Below are positions 48,952 through 49,072 of a DNA stretch of 49,072 nucleotides, one piece after another. Location of the stretch: NCBI GenBank assembly GCA_040756075.1, contig JBFLZX010000002.1:1-49072 (forward strand), read 5' to 3'. The notes under the pieces were generated by a model. It searched no databases. It was not told the origin of the DNA and worked only from the letters and a program-made list of their open reading frames with translations. Position numbers and translations under genes: made by a program. This stretch comes from Patescibacteria group bacterium. Its GTDB lineage: Bacteria > Patescibacteriota > JABMPQ01 > JBFLZX01. Each line of letters starts with the position of its first letter. The stretch's first letter is position 1.

Positions 48952-48979
48952 GGGCTGGCTTTGGAATAAAACTTACCAC

Positions 48980-49072
48980 TTATATAGTCAGCCTAAATTT
49001 AACTTGATGAATTAAAGAAATTTTCTTTTTGTATTCTGAATAGACTAATAATTGTTCTTTTTCAATATCCCA
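48980..49072 (-). CDS. possible 3' end of a minus-strand gene running off the window
   Basis: The reverse strand reads WDIEKEQLLVYSEYKKKISLIHQVKFRLTI* in frame with the window edge. Only 31 codons are visible and nothing is recognisable. Confidence 0.25.
   Translation of the reverse strand, partial: WDIEKEQLLVYSEYKKKISLIHQVKFRLTI

Overview
This is a 49-kb, AT-rich, gene-dense bacterial segment that reads cleanly with the standard code: TGA, TAA and TAG all end recognisable genes where homologues end. Every confident gene except one (a PEGA-domain protein, 34629-36047) is on the + strand. The gene content suggests a Patescibacteria/CPR-type genome, but this is inference only. It rests on shortened aaRSs, a T4SS-pilin-like/lytic-transglycosylase fusion, a sigma-region-4 + HARE-HTH protein, many secreted beta-propeller proteins and no biosynthetic genes. 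The recognisable core is tRNA-Lys, dinB, mtaB, mnmA, alaS, an ftsA-like gene, infA-rpmJ-rpsM-rpsK-rpsD-rpoA-rplQ, rplM-rpsI, murA, two mreB paralogs, mreC, mreD, a GT4 glycosyltransferase, holB, frr, rseP and proS. An accessory block at about 6.8-21.7 kb holds a membrane protein plus a TraD/VirD4-like ATPase. It also holds FG-GAP, Asp-box (BNR) and PD40/WD40-like secreted proteins, an AbiEii-like nucleotidyltransferase, and three ORFs each broken by a single-T indel. Five things stand out. (1) An intact tRNA-Lys(UUU) is flanked by two tRNA-Lys-like copies, each split at the same D-loop position by a different, strongly structured insert. (2) Nearly every intergenic spacer is an imperfect palindrome whose arms are degenerate tandem 6-8-mers, in at least nine sequence families with one shared architecture. 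One family sits immediately upstream of the start codons of rpmJ, rpsM, rpoA, rplQ and frr. (3) The same repeat sequences occur in frame inside conserved genes (mtaB, mnmA, alaS at three sites, and the rplM tail) and supply or abut several stop codons. (4) MITE-like elements carry the GTCATTCCGAGCGA termini; one is nested, and a further element with different termini has a clear target-site duplication in a hairpin loop. (5) rpmJ has no canonical start codon, with ACG where ATG is expected. No CRISPR array, rRNA, integrase or transposase gene is visible. All repeat coordinates are approximate and read by eye. No searches or folding calculations were run.
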